Part shown: positions 59,741 to 64,000 of the stretch, piece by piece
Numbering within the stretch: position 1 is the stretch's first letter
How the letters are laid out: each line of letters begins with the position of its first letter
From: Anthoceros angustus
Taxonomy: Eukaryota > Plantae > Anthocerotophyta
DNA: 64,000 nucleotides
Direction: 5' to 3'
Assembly: GCA_010909165.1 (NCBI GenBank)
Contig: MU008156.1
Location: 310,001 to 374,000 of the forward strand
Position numbers and translations under genes: made by a program
Notes under the pieces: generated by a model
Database searches by the model: none
What the model saw: the letters and a program-made list of their open reading frames with translations, nothing else
What the model was told of the DNA's origin: nothing

Positions 59741-61562
59741 TTAGTACTATGACACGGTAAAGTTAGAGTTTAATCAGGCCTAATTCAGTCTTCAAACAGG
59801 CTTAGCACAATGACAACGTTAACAGGTTTGATGGCGTATGAGCGTGGGCATTATCATGGTATTTCATTTGACAGCTTAAGCAAGCGACAAGGCTTGAAAC
59901 AGCAAGGCGTGAAATGGGGATGAAATTTAATTCCACGCACGGCCACCATTACGCTCTTACAATAAAAACCATAACAAGAGCTACAAACTAGCGTGCTTAC
60001 CAAAGTGCGAGATGTGAAGGAAAGCCGTGGCGATATCGTGAACCCTCTTCCGCTTTGGGCCTCTCTTTCCCTTCACCTCCACATGCGGCATTGGTGGAAT
60101 GGTATGCGCATCGTCTTCTACATCACGACATTCGATTGGAAGGGTGTCCACATTTTCCTCCACATTGCGGCATTCCCCAATGAAGCCACACGCATCCGGA
60201 TATTCAGCATTCAACTTTGTTAGAATTGGCGAGCTCTGTAGATGCATCTTGACGGGGTTCTCGTGGTTCGCGACCTTCACATGGCGAGCGAAATTCGCCC
60301 ACGATTGGTTTTAGGGTATGCGGTACACGGCATTCGCCATGTGCTTCGTTCTCAAAGTTCGGTGGAGCATCGGTCTCCAGCCCCATCATTCTCAATCAAG
60401 GCATCGTGGTTGAGCGAGGTAACCTCTCTGTTATGCATCTGCGAAACGGTTGTGTTGCTTGTGATTCCGCGCGAACCCATGCACGTGAAATCGGACATCG
60501 TCCATGCGCCCGGGGCATAGATCCGGCTTGTTTGCTTCACTTTGCGGCGCCCTTCTTCGTCGATGTCGAATCGGACTCGGCGTCTTCCTCGAAGCGGACG
60601 CTCCTCGTCCACGGCATCCTCATCGAAACCTTGTCCGCATACCATGCCTCACGCCCACATCATCATTCAAGCTCGAGCACTCGGCGGCCTTTGCCTTAGC
60701 GGTGGCGGCCGGGTTTTGGGCCGCGACTGCGGAACATGTGAGAACCCACGGCCACGCTTGCTCGCGCCATCTTGGCTACTCCACGCTCTTCCATGGCCAT
60801 CGCAACCTAAACGCCATCAAGGACACCGGGATGCATCCCTTTTTCCCATTGCCCGTTCGCGAGCGAGCCTCCTTGAAGCCCGTTTCTTTGTGAGCTCTAC
60901 ATCCTCGCTGTTCCCTACAGACATAGACATCTTCCGTGATTCTTTAACCTTCCGCCAGTGCCCTTTAATCTCTCGGGGTTGGTCAGTAAATTGGCCACAT
61001 CCGAGTTCTTGTCAAGCGCAACCAACTTTGGGTCCGGACCGGTCATCCCTCCACAGTTGCCTCCACGGCGGCATCTCGGCAACCATTGCCACCGTCGCCG
61101 GAGTGTCCTTGTTCGCCTCTGCGCGCAACTCGATCTTCTGCGATTTTGGCATCTGGACCCATGGTTGGTTGTGATTAACAAGAGCAATGGAAAGAACGGC
61201 ATGCCCATACTTGAAGCTTGAAATGGCGAAGAACGCGCATCTGCTATAAAACTTGCATCCTTACCCTAAGTCCTAAAGTCTCCAAAAGAGGGCTGATGTG
61301 GCTTCAATCCCTCGTCCTGCCGTTTGCGCTGCCAAGTGCCCTCGCTGTAACCCGCAATTGTAGCTGGCCTGTTATCTCTACCAACGTAATCGACATCAAT
61401 CGAGTAGACCCGCCCGGCGGTTCGCTGCCGTTTAGGGTTTTGGGGTTTTGGCGGAACGTGGTGGTCGCAGCAGTGAGTTCGCGGATACCATCCCTACATC
61501 CACCGCTTTCTTGCCGTTTGAATTCCGTTTGCTTGTATTTATATTGTATGTAGTTTTATATT

Positions 61563-61745
61563 GTCCTTGAGCCATGGGAAAAGGGCAACAGTCTCAGATT
61601 CGCCGTTCTCAAACGCCGAAGGCCAAGGAACCTTAATTATTTTTTTGTCCTCGGGCCATGGGTAAAGGGCATCAGTCGCGGCCTCGCCGTTTTCAACGCT
61701 TGAGGCCCAGGAACCCTATCAGTGCTTGTCCTTAGGCCTCGGTAA
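61563..61745. repeat. Imperfect tandem repeat, period about 83 bp
   Basis: gtcct..gccatggg.aaagggca.cagtc...cgccgtt...aacgc..aggcc.aggaacc at 61563 and 61647, with a partial third copy at 61728. Confidence 0.65.
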
Positions 61746-64000
61746 TCCTAGAATATAACCTATACTATCGACCATGGTAAAAATGGGATATTCCATGGAA
61801 ACCCGAGACCCAAGGAAAATCCGACTTATAAGGCAAAGGAAACTCTTTTAATGGAGCCATTGTATGTATCATGTGAAGCTTTGACCACGATCGGTGTATT
61901 TGACCACTCGAGTTCTCTAAGAAGCACGCTGCATAGACCACGTGTCGGCATGCGTTCAATGTAGCATTGAAGCGCTGTCTAGCGAAGACACGTGGCGATG
62001 AGCCATTGGCGGTCCAAGCCATAAGAAGGGCCACCGCCTCCCCTTATCGTTGGGTGTAGGTTAAGCTTCTGCGGGCGATTACGATTGGCGTCTGCGAACT
62101 CAAGTTTGGGCCGGTCGGTGAGCATGTCCCAATTTCCCTTCACATGGCGACAATTTTCGCCTGTTGATTCTGGTTGGCATGGATGCACCCTCTTGCGTAT
62201 CTACATGTGTACCAGGGGTTGTTTTGAGAGGCGCGCTGAAGGGCGACCATATGCGAGGGCGAGGACTTGCACATGCCATGGCCATGAGTCGAGGGATATG
62301 CTTGTGCCTCGGCCATGAGCCGCGGCACATACTGATGCCTCGGCCATGTCTTTAACCATGGCCGCGCCTTGGTGTCGCACATGTCTGCAACCCGATCGCG
62401 ACTCCCCAAAAACCTAATCGCCATTAGTCCTGACATATGTGAATGCTTTTCCAGGGTTTTCCAGGTTTTGTGGTTGTGATTAACAAGCATCGATGGCCGC
62501 AGCGCCTGAAGCAGGATCTCCCGGAGATGGATGGCCGGAATACACTGCTCAGTGTGAGGCCACCATCCGCGCCACCTTTGATCACGCATGGGCGGTTCGG
62601 GGTCAACTACCCCCACGCGACACCATCGTGAGCGCAGAGGACGCCCATAGAATTGTTCAGGCTGTCCCCGAGTTTCGAGTTCGCATGCGGTTCATGGTAG
62701 TGGGCGTTGCCTTTGGAGATAGATTCAATCTTTGGAATTGATGCATCGTGGGCCGGGATACTCACATGGGTGGACGGCGGCGACCATGCGCCTTCTATGG
62801 GATGCCATAAAGGCGCGTTTTGGCTAAACCCCATTAGTGTGAGCATATATAGGGTGTGCAAATTAGGGTTTGTGGCAACCTAAAAATTCGCAAAAAGCCA
62901 TCTTGTAATGCTTTTGATAACTTAGTAAAAGGCGACCCGTTGTAAATCCGGGCATGTAGTAAAAAATATAGCTGGATAGTAAATAAGAGTCTTAGGAAAA
63001 GGTAAACTTTCAACGTAAAACACTTCTAAACACGAAAAACTAACCCACGGTAAAACTCAGGTAGTAAATTCCATACTTGCGTAGTAAAGTTTTCTATCTT
63101 GTTGTGATTCAAAATTGCCTTCGTAATAAGAGACTTTCGCCACGCGCGTAATCGTATTGAGTCGCGAAACCCAACCGTAGTAAAACACGCAACCCATGTT
63201 GTAAAGTCTAGTTGTATACTTGAGAATAATTGACAAATAAAACCTGTAGTAAAGCGAGCAGTGCTCGCTCTCTCATCTCTCTAAAAAAGGCGTTAGTAAA
63301 GGGCATGGTTTCCTAGTAGTGGATCCGGTGATGCTTGAGAGACTACCCACGTCGGACGTCGGTGATCATAGACATCGGTGGCCCACGGAAGATGAGAGTG
63401 AGGATACACAATCCGTGCGATCAAGCTAGTCTCCAAGAAGGAATCAAGAAAGCGGAAACTAGAGGTGTATCATGTCGGAGAGACTATTTTCCGGCCCATG
63501 TTTGTTCTTGCGGGGGGTGTGTGTTGGAAGGAAGGCTCTCCTATGCACATGCGGAGGCTCTCTTGATTCACTAGTGAAAACGTCAAAATTGTCCAACATT
63601 GGAGTCAAGTTTCCCAATTTTTGTCCATTCAAGTCTCTCCATTGTCCAGTCTAGCCACCTACAATTCAGGCGTTTTGGTCCGTGCCTCTAGGGCTTCTTC
63701 TAGCGTGGCTGCACCTGCTTACCCAATACTTGACAACCTCGTTCTTGTTGTGGGGATCCAGCTTGGCTTGCTCCGGCATCTCGACTTTGGGCACCACGTA
63801 GTCGCCCTGACACCCTGTTGCCCAAGCCTTCCCTTGTTAGAAGCTCGATAGCGTGGCCCTACTTCCACGTAATAATTACCCTCTACAACCTCGGCGCCTT
63901 TGCGAATGGGAAGACCCTTCCAAAATTTGTCTTCATGCCGCTCGAGTTTGTGCACACCCTTCACACACGAGGAGGTAGAAGTTAACGTTCTCTATATTGC

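Larger units (their letters stand above)
41460..63321. mobile_element. CACTA (EnSpm) DNA transposon, apparently non-autonomous, about 5.2 kb after removing nested element E
   Basis: Left TIR CACTACTAGAAACCATGCCCTTTAA (41460); right TIR TAAAGGGCATGGTTTCCTAGTAGTG (ends 63321); 3-bp TSD GAT on both sides; GTAGTAAA subterminal repeats. No TnpD motifs were recognised inside. Confidence 0.92.

Overview
This window is eukaryotic repeat DNA, GC-rich and made almost entirely of transposable elements. A streptophyte alga or early-diverging plant is my inference from the element types. No ordinary host gene, rRNA, tRNA or CRISPR array is supported. Left to right: (1) the 5' end of an Athila-like Ty3/gypsy element (family B, minus strand). 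(2) An Athila-like element A (minus, 5642-33355) whose 5' LTR is split by a complete same-family element C (17870-31793, TSD TGGGG). Their LTRs are about 4.3 kb and contain a long frameshifted ORF. (3) A Ty1/copia RT fragment. (4) An intron-containing DDE transposase with tentatively Sola2-like motifs. (5) A CACTA element (TIRs 41460 and 63321, TSD GAT) whose left end is tandemly duplicated. (6) Inside the CACTA, a 16.6-kb Ty3/gypsy element E, itself interrupted by a solo LTR (TSD CTTGT). Element E is the best candidate for an unusual system. It encodes a full C5-cytosine DNA methyltransferase domain between protease and RT and a PHD finger after the integrase. Its termini are split direct repeats (A...B-A-B-A-B), a layout known from PAT/Ngaro tyrosine-recombinase retroelements, yet it carries a DDE integrase and a TSD. 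Pervasive small indels break nearly all ORFs and may be long-read errors, so protein sequences were reconstructed by eye across frameshifts and internal coordinates are approximate.
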